From NCBI GenBank assembly GCA_034717975.1, contig JAYEMF010000012.1, forward strand, positions 1 to 58,100: a stretch of 58,100 nt of DNA, given 5' to 3'. The stretch is from Campylobacterota bacterium (GTDB lineage Bacteria; Campylobacterota; Campylobacteria; Campylobacterales; Sulfurimonadaceae). The translations under genes and the position numbers were made by a program. Below are positions 26,674 to 39,884 of this stretch, one piece after another (within the stretch, counting starts at the first letter, position 1; each line of letters begins with the position of its first letter). A model generated the notes under the pieces. The model did not search any database and was not told the origin of the DNA. It saw only the letters and a list, made by a program, of their open reading frames with translations.

Positions 26674-29406
26674 ATGAATCTCACCACTGCGTATGACATA
26701 GGAGTCAACAAGCCTGATATACCAGAAGAGGTACTTGCCATCTGGCAGGAGATGGTTGATTCGCTTAGCACTATTGCCAAAGTTCCTTCTGCACTGATCA
26801 TGCATGCGCTTGCCAACGAAATCGAGGTTGCACGCACCTCGGGAACACGGCCTGCAGAGAACCCCTATGAAGTTGATGAAAAAGCTCCTTTGGGAAGCGG
26901 TCTCTACTGCGAAACCGTTATGCAGGAAAAACGTGAGCTTTACGTACCAAATGCACTTAAAGATGAGGCCTGGAAAAACAATCCGGATGTAGCCCTTGGT
27001 ATGATCAGTTATTACGGACAGCCTCTGCTTTGGCCTGACAATACAATCTTTGGCACGATCTGCATTCTGGACAATAAAGATATGGTGCTCTCCGATCAGA
27101 GCAGGCAGTTCGTAGGGTTGTTTCGAAAAGCGATTGAAAATGACCTGAGGATCTTAGTCCAGGCTAACGAATTAATTGAAGCCAAGAAGCACGAAATAGA
27201 TTTGAACCGGCACCATTTTCAGAGTGTCTTTGAAGTGATGCCAAATATCCTGATCACGACAGACGGTGAGATGATCGACAAGGCCAATCCTGCCATGCTT
27301 AAGTTTGTTGGCTATGAAACGCTTGATGGCTTTAAAAATGAGCATGATTGCATCTGTGATCTCTTTGAGGAGGGGGAGGGGTACCTTCAGTCGGTTATGA
27401 ATGGCGTCTCATGGCTGGAGTATATGCTGGCGAACCCTATGGAGATACATAAAGTCTGTATGATAAGCAATGGAAAACGGCATCGCTTCATCGTCTGGGC
27501 AAAGCCGCTTAAACTCGATGAGAAACATCGCAGTGTGGTAAGCTTTACCGATATTACCGAGTTTGAAGAAGTTCGGGAACGGTTGGAGTATGCCATAAAC
27601 GGTGCAAATGAAGGTCTATGGGACTGGAACCTTGAAACCGATGAGGTTTACTTCTCACCCAACTGGAAAAAGATGTTGGGCTATAAAGATGACGAACTGC
27701 CAAATCTGCTTCAGACCTGGGAAGAGCGTGTCCATCCTGATGATTTGAAAAAGGCAGAGCAGGATATTGCTCTTTCTCATGCAGAGCCTGGAAGAGCATA
27801 CGAAAATATTTATCGTTTAAGACACAGGGACGGGCACTGGGTCTGGGTTCTCGACCGTGGCCAGACTATTTTTGATGAGAACGGCAAAGCTAAGCGTATG
27901 ATTGGTTTTCATACGGACATATCGGAACAGAAAAATCTTGAAAATCAGTTACGTGCATCGCAGCAGCAGTTTGAACGCTTTATGGAGAATATCCCGGCCG
28001 GTATCGTTATAAAAGATGAAGAGTGCCGCGTTCTCTATGCCAACAGATCCTCAGAGCGTTTCTTTGGCAGAGAGAGTATTTTAGGTATGAATGCCTATGC
28101 GCTCCTTCCCAAAGATACCTCCTCTCAGCTCAGGGCACTGAACGAACGGGCAAAAGAGATCGGCTACGCGGAAGCGGTCATAGAGTATTCAGATAGAGAT
28201 AGAGCTATTTTCAGAGTATTGACGTTTGCAATTGGAAAAGATGAAAAGAACCTTCAGACCGGGTCGATCTATCTTGATATCACCGAACAGTACAGAGACC
28301 AGCATGAGATCGCCAAGTTCAAACAGATTCTTGAAAAGAGTCCGGTTTCCATTGTGATCACTGATGTCGATGGAAATATAGAGTATATCAACCCGTGGTT
28401 TACCCAGGTGACAGGCTACAGCCAGGAAGAGGCTATCGGGCAGAACCCCCGCATCCTGAAAAGCGATTACCATTCTGCAAGCGACTATGAGGAGCTTTGG
28501 AGTGAGATCACCAAGGAGCGCGTCTGGTCGGGTATGTTCAAAAATATCAAGAAAAACGGCGAAGAGTACTGGGAGTCGGCGATCATTGCGCCGGTCGTCA
28601 GCGATGAAGGCGCTATCGTCAACTACATCGGTGTGAAACAGGAGATCACCGAGCAGGTCTATCTCAAAGCGGAACTGGAAGCTAAAGAGGAGATGATGAT
28701 CGTCCAGTCACGTCATGCGGCGATGGGTGAGATGATCGGGATGATCGCGCACCAGTGGCGACAGCCTATTACCGTCATCGCGATGGGAGCAAACAATATA
28801 CTCCTCGATATTGAGCTTAAAGATGTAAATGAAGAGAGTTTGAAAGAGAGTGCTCAAAGCATTCTGAAACAGACTCAATACCTTTCAAAAACTATCGACG
28901 ACTTCAGGAATTTCTTCCGTCCTGACAAAGAGAAAGAGAGCGTTGACCTTGCAGAGGTAATGACCGAAGCTGAAAAAATAATTGGCAAAAGTCTCGAACA
29001 TAGTGAAATCACGATAGCCGTCAAAAATGAAAATAGTAAAAGTGTTGAGACCTACTCCCGTGAACTGCTGCAGGTCTATATCAATCTGCTTAAAAATGCC
29101 AAAGAGGCACTTATCGATAATAAAATGTCAGATCGACATATTAATGTTCTCATCAGCAGTGATAAAGAGCATGTCGTTACGACTATCTGCGATAACGGCG
29201 GGGGGATTGACGAGGCTATCATCGAGAAGATTTTTGATCCCTATTTTTCGACGAAAGATGCAAAAATCGGGACGGGACTTGGACTCTATATGTCCAAGAC
29301 TATCGTCGAGAAGCATCTGCATGGTACAATCAGTGTAGAAAACAGCGATGAGGGAGCCTGCTTCAAGATTGCTATTCCGCTGGAGTGGGGGGGGATAGAT
29401 CTTTAG
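26674..29406 (+). CDS. Cytoplasmic GAF plus multi-PAS sensor histidine kinase
   Basis: GAF (LYCETV, FGTICILD), PAS repeats, H-box IAHQWRQP, DNGGG, GTGLGLY. Confidence 0.9.
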   Translation: MNLTTAYDIGVNKPDIPEEVLAIWQEMVDSLSTIAKVPSALIMHALANEIEVARTSGTRPAENPYEVDEKAPLGSGLYCETVMQEKRELYVPNALKDEAWKNNPDVALGMISYYGQPLLWPDNTIFGTICILDNKDMVLSDQSRQFVGLFRKAIENDLRILVQANELIEAKKHEIDLNRHHFQSVFEVMPNILITTDGEMIDKANPAMLKFVGYETLDGFKNEHDCICDLFEEGEGYLQSVMNGVSWLEYMLANPMEIHKVCMISNGKRHRFIVWAKPLKLDEKHRSVVSFTDITEFEEVRERLEYAINGANEGLWDWNLETDEVYFSPNWKKMLGYKDDELPNLLQTWEERVHPDDLKKAEQDIALSHAEPGRAYENIYRLRHRDGHWVWVLDRGQTIFDENGKAKRMIGFHTDISEQKNLENQLRASQQQFERFMENIPAGIVIKDEECRVLYANRSSERFFGRESILGMNAYALLPKDTSSQLRALNERAKEIGYAEAVIEYSDRDRAIFRVLTFAIGKDEKNLQTGSIYLDITEQYRDQHEIAKFKQILEKSPVSIVITDVDGNIEYINPWFTQVTGYSQEEAIGQNPRILKSDYHSASDYEELWSEITKERVWSGMFKNIKKNGEEYWESAIIAPVVSDEGAIVNYIGVKQEITEQVYLKAELEAKEEMMIVQSRHAAMGEMIGMIAHQWRQPITVIAMGANNILLDIELKDVNEESLKESAQSILKQTQYLSKTIDDFRNFFRPDKEKESVDLAEVMTEAEKIIGKSLEHSEITIAVKNENSKSVETYSRELLQVYINLLKNAKEALIDNKMSDRHINVLISSDKEHVVTTICDNGGGIDEAIIEKIFDPYFSTKDAKIGTGLGLYMSKTIVEKHLHGTISVENSDEGACFKIAIPLEWGGIDL

Positions 29407-29449
29407 CCATTACAGAAGCAGACCCGACAATTAACATCCGGAGAACAGT

Positions 29450-31471
29450 ATGAAGTTAAAGTACAAAATCACGGTTCTTATTATATTTTCCAGTCTCTTT
29501 ATCCTGAGTTCTGTCTCGTTGATATATAGCCTCTGGAGTTATAATAATGTCATGCAGAATGAGCAAAAAAAACTTGTTGAAAGAGTGGTGGACTCTGCAT
29601 ACCATAGCGAACTCGAGCTAAGTGAAAAACTTGCTGTTACCCAAACGGTTGCCTCGGCACCTGTAGTACTTGAAACGCTTCTGCAGAGCAATGACCACTA
29701 TGCAGCGCTTAGCGAGGTGCAGCAGAAAGAGGAGATCAAAGAGCTGAACCGAAAGTGGAAAGAGGCAGACGATGCCAACCACCCTTTTATTGCGCCCTAC
29801 CTCAATAACCCGCTTGCCAGACACCTGAAACAGCAGCAGGAGATACTGCCGGGGACATACGGGGAGATTTTTATTACAAACCGTTACGGTGCCATGATCG
29901 CCTCTACCGGAAAACTCTCTACCCTCGCCCATGCGCATAAGTATTGGTGGAAGGAGAGTTACAATAAGGGGAGAGGAAAAGTTTTTTTTGATGATCGCGG
30001 CTTTGATGAGAGTGTGCAGGGGTATGTGATCGGGGTGGTTATTCCTATTAAAAAAGATGGCGAGATCATCGGTATTTTAAAAAGCAATATAAATATTATG
30101 GGCACATTGAGTAGTGTTGTGGAACGTTATAGCAAGCTTGATCACGGTTCTTTGCAGATTGTACGGACCAAAGGGGTGATCGTACTTGAGCATGGAGCTC
30201 CTCCGCTATCTACACATATTAACCCTCAACTGCTGACAAATTTAGAAGGCATGGAGACAGGAGCCAGGATCGTTCAGGATGATGGCAAAACAAAAGTGAT
30301 GGCATACGCTCCCGTGCGACTGACGCTGGAGATGCCGGGTATTGCCTTTGGAGGCAAGCCGCAGACCGGCGATCATATCAAAGGCAATGAGGGAGAGATG
30401 TGGCATACCGTTATAGGCTATGATAAAGAGCAGGCAATGGCCGGGAACAGGGCAACGAATCAGATGATCATCTATATTGGCCTTCTCTTTACCTTTTTAT
30501 CGGCGCTGCTCGCCCTTTTAATCGGACGATGGCTCAGCCGACCGATCAGCGAGCTTTCGGTAATGGCTAATCGGATCGGGCAAGGAGAGCTTGACCTAAG
30601 AGCAAATATAACGGCACGTGACGAGATAGGCACACTTGCCAGGTCGTTTAACGAGATGCTTGATGAACTTAAAAAGACGACGGCTTCACGTGATGAACTG
30701 CGTGCGGAGATCGAAAAACGTAAAGAGGCAGAAGCAGAACTGAAAGAGAAAGACAAACTGCTGCTTGCGCAGTCACGACAGGCAGCCATGGGTGAGATAC
30801 TCGGGATGCTCGGGCATCAGTGGAGCCAGCCCTTAAGCGTTATCAGCATGGGGGTTAACAACATTCTTGCAGATATTGAGATGGAAAGCATGACATCAGA
30901 GAGTGTCCGGAAACAGTCCTACGTTATTTTAAAACAGACCAGGCATCTGTCGCAGATCATTGACGATTTTAAAGACTTCTTCACTCCGGAGCAAAAAAGA
31001 GAAGCGATGCCAATGTATACCGTTATAAAAGAGATAGATAATATCGTCGGACCGACTCTAGTTGATCACGCTATCGATCTGGAAGTTAAAAATGAGAGCG
31101 ATGCAATGGTACCGGTCTATAAACGTGAAATGATACAGGTTCTGCTCAATCTGATCAACAATGCCAAAGAAGCATTGATCGCACATACCGAAGAGAATAG
31201 ACGCATCACTATTCATATCACCGAAGAGAACAACAGGGTCGTCTGTAGTATCTGCGATAATGGCGGCGGAATCGATGAAGCACATATGCATAATATTTTT
31301 GACCCTTACTTTACGACCAAAGGGGTCTCCAGCGGAGTCGGCCTTGGACTCTATATCAGCAAGACTATTGTTGAACAGCATTGTCAAGGAACTCTTGATG
31401 TGCACAATGCCGATAAAGGAGCATGTTTTACAATAAAACTGCCTGTCGACGAGGAGAAGCGTGATGTGTGA
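29450..31471 (+). CDS. Membrane Cache-HAMP sensor histidine kinase
   Basis: 2 TM, periplasmic Cache-like domain, HAMP (DEIGTLARSFNEM), H-box GHQWSQP, GVGLGLY. Confidence 0.9.
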   Translation: MKLKYKITVLIIFSSLFILSSVSLIYSLWSYNNVMQNEQKKLVERVVDSAYHSELELSEKLAVTQTVASAPVVLETLLQSNDHYAALSEVQQKEEIKELNRKWKEADDANHPFIAPYLNNPLARHLKQQQEILPGTYGEIFITNRYGAMIASTGKLSTLAHAHKYWWKESYNKGRGKVFFDDRGFDESVQGYVIGVVIPIKKDGEIIGILKSNINIMGTLSSVVERYSKLDHGSLQIVRTKGVIVLEHGAPPLSTHINPQLLTNLEGMETGARIVQDDGKTKVMAYAPVRLTLEMPGIAFGGKPQTGDHIKGNEGEMWHTVIGYDKEQAMAGNRATNQMIIYIGLLFTFLSALLALLIGRWLSRPISELSVMANRIGQGELDLRANITARDEIGTLARSFNEMLDELKKTTASRDELRAEIEKRKEAEAELKEKDKLLLAQSRQAAMGEILGMLGHQWSQPLSVISMGVNNILADIEMESMTSESVRKQSYVILKQTRHLSQIIDDFKDFFTPEQKREAMPMYTVIKEIDNIVGPTLVDHAIDLEVKNESDAMVPVYKREMIQVLLNLINNAKEALIAHTEENRRITIHITEENNRVVCSICDNGGGIDEAHMHNIFDPYFTTKGVSSGVGLGLYISKTIVEQHCQGTLDVHNADKGACFTIKLPVDEEKRDV

Positions 31472-31486
31472 TTTTAGAGGTGCCCT
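31472..31486. repeat. Solo MITE TIR scar
   Basis: TTTTAGAGGTGCCCT equals the outer 15 bp of the TIR and fills the whole gap between two convergent stop codons. Confidence 0.7.
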
Positions 31487-32406
31487 TTAAACAGTTCGGT
31501 GGCAGAGATCTACTGCTGCTTTAATGGCATTGAGGTAACTTTGCGTTTTGGGTGCCTGTCTGTAGGCGATGTCAAATGCGGTTCCGTGGTCGACGGATGT
31601 TCTGATAACGGGTAGATTGAGCGAGACATTGATGCTCTCATCGAAATAGAGAGCTTTTAACGGCCCCAGTCCCTGATCGTGGTACATGGCGATAAAATAG
31701 ATGAACTGTTCGCGTGAGGCAGGTGTAAAGGCAATGTCCGGCACGAGTGGGCCATGGAAAGTGCCATTACAGCTGTTATTTGCATTGGCAATCGCTTTGG
31801 CTATAACCTCTTCTTCATTTCCCAGTACACCATTGTCGCCGGCGTGAGGATTGAGTCCTAAAACAGCAATCTTTTCTGCACCGGTTTCCCGCTGGAAGTC
31901 GATAAGAAAACGTGTCAGTGCCTCCTCTTCGATCTTCTCGGGTACTTTGGAAAGTGGGATATGCTCCGTATAGAGTGCAACATACATCTCATCACAACCG
32001 AGCATCATAATCGCTTCTTTCTCAAAGTGACGACGAAGCAGATCGGTATGGCCTACAAAATCCAGTCCGGCCAGTGACCAGGCTTCTTTATGAATGGGAA
32101 GGGTAGTGATGGCATCGACTGCATCTGACTCGGCAAGTGCGATGGCTTTCATAAATGAGTCGTAGGCGTATTGACCGCTCTGTGCAGAAACAGCAGCAGG
32201 CTCAATATCGAAATCGCCTGTGACATCAACTGTTTTAAAATCACTCGGGATGGTTTTGCCAAGCAGCGATGCCGCTTGTTTTAGCATGGAGTCGCTGATG
32301 CAGTAGAGCGGTTGACAGAGTTGAGTGATCTGTTCGTGCGCTTCGAAAGCGATAGCGATACCGATACCGTTCAGGTCACCGATACTGATGGAAATGCGCG
32401 GTTTCA

Positions 32407-32407
<1 letters not shown>
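31487..32407 (-). CDS. pdxA: 4-hydroxythreonine-4-phosphate dehydrogenase
   Basis: GDLNGIG, GHT, GLNPHAG, AMYHDQGL, RTSVDHGTAFDIA. Confidence 0.95.
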
Positions 32408-34321
<1,914 letters not shown>

Positions 34322-34384
34322 TTAACTTTTTTCGTATTTTAACTAAAAACGGTACAATAGCGGCTATTTAAATTCGGGTTTTAT

Positions 34385-35794
34385 ATGAAAAAGTTTCTAA
34401 TTATCAGTGACGGGACGATCGGCAAGCACCTGGTTGACCGTATCGTGGCAACATACAGCAGCGAAAATCTCTATTACATTATTCAACCGGGCAGTGTAGA
34501 GAAACCGGCTGATGCCAATCCTTCCCAATACAAATTTTTCAATTTCGATCCGACCAGTTTCCACAAACTCGCCAATGTTCTGAAGATGGATTTTGCCCAG
34601 GTGTTTGTCGCCATGGCGACGGCGAAAGATACCGAGATCACGATCAAAAACATCCGTACGATGAAGAAGCAGTTACGGGTTGTCGTCCTCGATCAGTTTG
34701 GTATCTCTTTTGAAGATCCCAATGTCGTCTCCATAAACTCCAATGAACTGCTGGCATCACGCCTTATCGATTATCTGCCAAATGTTCCGGTCATTGCACA
34801 AAATGTCGGGCTGGGCAAGGGCGAGATCATGGAGATCCTTGTACCGTTTGGAAGTTCGTTCGTTTACCGTCATATAGGAGTGATCGAACAGCGAAACTGG
34901 CGTATTATCGGGATCTATCGCAATCGTGAGCTGATCCTTCCCAAGCGGCGTACGATGATCCATCCGAATGATCTGCTCCTGCTCATTGGTGAGCCAAGTG
35001 TACTTAAGTCCGTATACCGTGCAATCAAGCGTGAGCTTGGGCAGTTTCCGGCACCGTTTGGATCAAACCTTTACCTTCATATTGATATGCGTTATGAAAA
35101 TGAAAAGTCCATCAGACGTCTGTTGGAACAGGCTACATTTATCCATCAGGAACTGGGAAAAGATCTCATTGTAAAAGTGTTTAATCCAAATGATTTTGAT
35201 CTTTTGCGGCATATCAAATCGTATCGTAGCAGCAATGTCATTATTGAGATCAATTACCAATCGGTCAAATCATCAGATATAACCCTAAATGACGTGAAAC
35301 AGTTTCATGTGGGGCTTATTCTGGTCTCACGTGACTGTTTCTCCTACCAGAGTATGCGTAAAACGCTGTTTGAAGCGAATGTTCCGGTATTGAGTCTTTC
35401 AGAGAAAGATATCTCCGATATCAAAGAAGCGATAGTCCTTGTCTCCGATAATCGTGACCTTGAAAAAGTCTCAACAGCTATCTTTGATATCTCTGCCCAG
35501 ATGGGGTATAACCTTGAACTCTTCAATTTTCGCAGTGAACATCAGGAGGAGAAAGAGCAGGTGATAGAACACTACAATAACCTCGCTTCCATCTTCTCCA
35601 AATCGATCAAGGTCATCGAGCAGGATCAAAATCCAATTCGGACGCTAAGGCAGAAGGATAACTTCCTTCAATGTCTGCCATTTACCGAAAAGATGACAGA
35701 GCGACCGATCCTCTCTCTTTTCTCAACAGACAGTGAGCGTCTATACCACCGTTTGAATCGTTATCATCAACTATTTATACCTGTAAGAATTTGA
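34385..35794 (+). CDS. COG3400-type protein with RCK/TrkA-C domain
   Basis: GEIMEILVPFGSSFVYRHI...WRIIGIYR. Confidence 0.75.
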   Translation: MKKFLIISDGTIGKHLVDRIVATYSSENLYYIIQPGSVEKPADANPSQYKFFNFDPTSFHKLANVLKMDFAQVFVAMATAKDTEITIKNIRTMKKQLRVVVLDQFGISFEDPNVVSINSNELLASRLIDYLPNVPVIAQNVGLGKGEIMEILVPFGSSFVYRHIGVIEQRNWRIIGIYRNRELILPKRRTMIHPNDLLLLIGEPSVLKSVYRAIKRELGQFPAPFGSNLYLHIDMRYENEKSIRRLLEQATFIHQELGKDLIVKVFNPNDFDLLRHIKSYRSSNVIIEINYQSVKSSDITLNDVKQFHVGLILVSRDCFSYQSMRKTLFEANVPVLSLSEKDISDIKEAIVLVSDNRDLEKVSTAIFDISAQMGYNLELFNFRSEHQEEKEQVIEHYNNLASIFSKSIKVIEQDQNPIRTLRQKDNFLQCLPFTEKMTERPILSLFSTDSERLYHRLNRYHQLFIPVRI

Positions 35795-35910
35795 CACACC
35801 GCCACTTGGTTTGAAGCGATTTTATATCCCTTTAATCCCGCTTTCACGCAGTTTTAAGGCTCCTTCAAGTATTATCTAAGACATTATAAAACATTCAATT
35901 CGGACCAAAA

Positions 35911-36960
35911 ATGACGGTAGACATCCCTCTTAAACATGAGACTGACAACTCATACCAAATAACTATTGACACACTTCCCCAACTCCATTTTGATACCAAA
36001 GTGGCCATTGTAACAAACCCGACAGTTTCAGGTTATCACCTGGAGTACCTAAAAAGCAGAATCAGCGCAAAAGAGCTTCATGTCATCACCATTCCTGATG
36101 GCGAGCAGTATAAAAACTGGGAGACAATCGAGTCTATTTTGGAGCAGATGTTTGAAAATCGCTTTAACCGCAAGTCACTGCTGATCGCATTCGGCGGCGG
36201 TGTTATCGGTGATATGACAGGGTTTGCCGCCAGTATCTACCAGCGCGGGATCGATTTTATCCAGATACCTACAACACTGCTTTCTCAGGTCGATGCAAGT
36301 GTCGGCGGCAAGACAGGGATCAATAACCGTTTTGGTAAAAATCTTGTAGGTGCCTTTCACCAGCCTCAGGCTGTCTATATCGACCCGTTTTTCCTCTCTA
36401 CGCTGCCTGAACGTGAGTTTGGTACCGGAGTTGCAGAGATCGTCAAGATGGCAGTCACCTTTGACAGAGCATTTTTTAGTTGGCTGGAGACAGCTGACCT
36501 GGTTGATCCTCAGCAGCTAAAAGAGGCGATCGCCAAGTCGGTCAAGACCAAAGCATGGGTAGTGGCACAGGACGAAAAAGAGCATGGCCTGCGTGCTGCG
36601 CTCAACTATGGACATACATTTGGCCATGTGATCGAAAATGAGACCGGTTACAGTACCTACCTGCATGGTGAAGGCGTCGCTATTGGCATGGTGATGGCCA
36701 ATGCTGTTGCTGTTTCACTGGGATGGATGCATCAGGAGGAGAGTGATCGTGTGAAAGCGCTGCTTGAGAAGTATGCTCTTCCGACGCATTATGTCATCAA
36801 AGATGTAGAGCGTTTTTACGAAACATTCTATCTTGACAAGAAGAGTGCCGACAGTGCAATCACCTTTATCATTCCGCGAAACCTTGGCGGGGTTGAGATC
36901 ACCGATGCAATCGATGAAATATTGATAAAAAATGTCTTGATGACATTTGGGGATGTGTAG
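35911..36960 (+). CDS. aroB: 3-dehydroquinate synthase
   Basis: GGGVIGD, PTTLLSQVDASVGGKTG, LNYGHTFGH. Confidence 0.96.
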   Translation: MTVDIPLKHETDNSYQITIDTLPQLHFDTKVAIVTNPTVSGYHLEYLKSRISAKELHVITIPDGEQYKNWETIESILEQMFENRFNRKSLLIAFGGGVIGDMTGFAASIYQRGIDFIQIPTTLLSQVDASVGGKTGINNRFGKNLVGAFHQPQAVYIDPFFLSTLPEREFGTGVAEIVKMAVTFDRAFFSWLETADLVDPQQLKEAIAKSVKTKAWVVAQDEKEHGLRAALNYGHTFGHVIENETGYSTYLHGEGVAIGMVMANAVAVSLGWMHQEESDRVKALLEKYALPTHYVIKDVERFYETFYLDKKSADSAITFIIPRNLGGVEITDAIDEILIKNVLMTFGDV

Positions 36961-38640
36961 ATGAAGCGAACGCTGCTGATCTTGCTTCTTCTCTTTTTAT
37001 GGATGAGTGCCGCTGCAGAAAATACCAAGGCAGGTGCGGTTGACCAGAACCTAAGTGCGGATCAGTTGGCTGAAAAAAAGCGCCAGGAGGGTATTCGTCT
37101 TGAACGAAAAAAGGAGCGTCAGTCCCTTGTCAGACACTACAAAGAGCAGCTTGAACTCAGCGACGAAGAGCTTTTGCATGATGATAGCCTCTGGCTGAAA
37201 AACTACAGCTCATACCTTACCTACCTGGATGTCAAAGAGGACTTGAAAGAACTTCATGAGCGTATTGATGAGCTCTCCAAACATGGCGATACGATCAGTG
37301 AAAAAGATGAACTGGCCGGGATTTTGGCAAAGGAAAAGATCCTCACCGAACAGATCATCCTGCTCAAAGGACATGGAGAGACACCGTTTTCTGCACTGCT
37401 TAAGCCTGTGGAACCGGGGGAGCGCCCAAATGTCACCAACCCTATAGAGATCTTTTCGGGGATCTCCTATCAGAAGCATGTTGATGATCTTTATGCCAGT
37501 TACAAGGCCAGCGAGGAAGAGCTCAGAAAGATCGTTATTCTGCTGCGTAAAAAAGAGGGGCTCTATAAAAATCTACTCGCTGTAGATAAAGAGCATGACT
37601 ACCGTCAGGATTACATCGATATAACCTATCAGCTTGAAAAGTTTGAAACGGCACTTGAAACGATTAGCGCAACGTCTGAGGTCTATGCAAAGCGTATTGA
37701 GAAGATCCACCAGGCGATCAATGATGATATCCAGGTGCAGGTCTACAAGCTCTTCAATATAGGTATTATCATTCTGATCCTCTTTATCATCTTCTTCCTG
37801 AGCAAGCTTGTCGTCAAAAAATATATTATTGATAATGAGCGCTACTATATGGCCAACAAGGTCATCAACTTTACCAACTTTACGTTGGTAGTGATTATTT
37901 TACTCTTCAACTATATTGAAAATGTCGGTTATATGGTCACGGTGCTCGGTTTTGCATCAGCAGGTATTGCGATTGCGATGAAAGACTGGTTTATGAGCAT
38001 GCTGGGCTGGCTGGTTATTGTCCTGGGAGGGTCGATCCACGTCGGTGACCGTGTCCGGGTCGATAAAGAGGGGATGAAGTATGTCGGTGACGTGCTAGAT
38101 ATTTCGTTGCTGCGCATTACGATACTCGAAGACATCACCTTGACGACATATATGGACAACCGCCGTGCGGGACGGATCATCTTCATCCCGAACAACTACA
38201 TCTTCACCCAGATGATTGCGAACTACTCGCATGCTTCGCTGAAGACGGTGTGGGATGGTATTGATATTACGATCACCTTTGATTCCAACCATAAAAAAGC
38301 GATGCATATCGCCAAGGAGATTGCGAGGAAATATTCCAAAGGGTATACCGATATCACCCGTAAGCAGCTCAACAAACTGCGCGACCGTTACAGCCTGAAA
38401 AACACCAATGTTGAACCGCGTATCTTCTCATTTGTAGAACCGCATGGTGTCCAGATCAGTATCTGGTACCTGACCAATGCCTATGCGACACTGACGCTTC
38501 GCAGTGTCATATCTACCGATGTGCTTGATGCTTATCTGGCCGAGGATGACATACAGATCGCATACCCTACGCAGCAGATCAATCTTGGTAAGAGTGCGAG
38601 AAAAGAGCTGCCTCCGGGCGAGCCGGATGAGATCGTATGA
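36961..38640 (+). CDS. MscS-family mechanosensitive channel with large periplasmic domain
   Basis: LGFASAGIAIAMKD, VGDRVRV, IPNN. Confidence 0.88.
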   Translation: MKRTLLILLLLFLWMSAAAENTKAGAVDQNLSADQLAEKKRQEGIRLERKKERQSLVRHYKEQLELSDEELLHDDSLWLKNYSSYLTYLDVKEDLKELHERIDELSKHGDTISEKDELAGILAKEKILTEQIILLKGHGETPFSALLKPVEPGERPNVTNPIEIFSGISYQKHVDDLYASYKASEEELRKIVILLRKKEGLYKNLLAVDKEHDYRQDYIDITYQLEKFETALETISATSEVYAKRIEKIHQAINDDIQVQVYKLFNIGIIILILFIIFFLSKLVVKKYIIDNERYYMANKVINFTNFTLVVIILLFNYIENVGYMVTVLGFASAGIAIAMKDWFMSMLGWLVIVLGGSIHVGDRVRVDKEGMKYVGDVLDISLLRITILEDITLTTYMDNRRAGRIIFIPNNYIFTQMIANYSHASLKTVWDGIDITITFDSNHKKAMHIAKEIARKYSKGYTDITRKQLNKLRDRYSLKNTNVEPRIFSFVEPHGVQISIWYLTNAYATLTLRSVISTDVLDAYLAEDDIQIAYPTQQINLGKSARKELPPGEPDEIV

Positions 38641-39884
38641 AACAAAAAGTCTTCTTCAAAACCTTCGGTTGCCGTACCAACCTTTTTGATTCACAGGTGA
38701 TGATGAGCCGTCTGAAGGACTTTGAGATTACCTTGAACGAAGAAGATGCCGACGTGATCGTGGTCAACTCCTGTACCGTGACCAATAGTGCGGACAGCAG
38801 TGCACGCGGTTATATCAACCAGATAGAAAAAGCGGGTAAATCGAAGATCTTCTTGACAGGTTGCGGCGCGCATACCAAGGGTGAGAACCTTTATGAACAG
38901 AATAAGGTGTTCGGTGTCTTCGGACAGTCCGAAAAAGAGAAGATCAATACGCTTTTAACGGAAACTACGCGTTTCTATGAACTGGGTGACCTTAACCATA
39001 TTGATGAGACGGTTGTTACCGATTTTGTCGGCAAAAGCCGAGCCTTCATCAAGATTCAGGAGGGGTGTAACTTCCGATGTAGCTACTGCATCATCCCTTT
39101 TGTACGCGGTGATGCGCGAAGTATGGAAGAGGAGAAGATACTTCATCAGGTGCGGACTCTTGCCGGTAACGGCTTTGGCGAGTTTATTTTGACAGGGACC
39201 AACGTCGGTAGCTACGGGCAGGGAGAAGGACGTTCGATTGCATCGTTGATGAAGAAGATGAGTCTTATCCGCGGAGTGAGACGTATCCGTATCGGCTCGC
39301 TTGAACCGATCCAGATCAGCGATGAGTTCAAAGAGATATTGGATGAGCCATGGCTTGAACGCCATCTTCACATTGCCCTGCAGCACACGTCGCCGGAGAT
39401 GCTGCGCATAATGAACCGTCGTAATCGCTTTGAACGAGACCTGCCACTTTTTGAAGAGCTTGCCGACAAAGGCTTTGCGCTTGGAACGGATTTTATCGTA
39501 GGGCATCCGGGTGAAACGGAGGCTCTCTGGCAGGAGGCGGTCGAGAACCTTCATAAACTTCCATTGACCCATGTCCATGCCTTTACCTACTCCAAGCGTG
39601 ATGGCACGCCTTCCGCGCAGATGAAAGAGATGGTGAACGGTACGGTCTCCAAAGCTCGTATGCGAGAACTCAATGCGATTGTCGATGCCAACAATCTGGC
39701 ATTTCGTAAACGCCAGAGTGTACCTCTGGAAGTGTTGATAGAGAGTGAGAAAGATGGCTTCTATCACGGGCTTGATCAGTTCTTCAATAAAATCCGTATC
39801 AAAGCCGATGAAGATCATACCGGTGAGTGGATGTTTATTGAAAACTATACCGTAGAGAAGGATGGCAACTATGTGGAACTCTAA
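38637..39884 (+). CDS. mtaB: tRNA t6A methylthiotransferase
   Basis: TFGCRTN, NSCTVT, radical-SAM motif GCNFRCSYC. Confidence 0.9.
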   Translation: MKQKVFFKTFGCRTNLFDSQVMMSRLKDFEITLNEEDADVIVVNSCTVTNSADSSARGYINQIEKAGKSKIFLTGCGAHTKGENLYEQNKVFGVFGQSEKEKINTLLTETTRFYELGDLNHIDETVVTDFVGKSRAFIKIQEGCNFRCSYCIIPFVRGDARSMEEEKILHQVRTLAGNGFGEFILTGTNVGSYGQGEGRSIASLMKKMSLIRGVRRIRIGSLEPIQISDEFKEILDEPWLERHLHIALQHTSPEMLRIMNRRNRFERDLPLFEELADKGFALGTDFIVGHPGETEALWQEAVENLHKLPLTHVHAFTYSKRDGTPSAQMKEMVNGTVSKARMRELNAIVDANNLAFRKRQSVPLEVLIESEKDGFYHGLDQFFNKIRIKADEDHTGEWMFIENYTVEKDGNYVEL

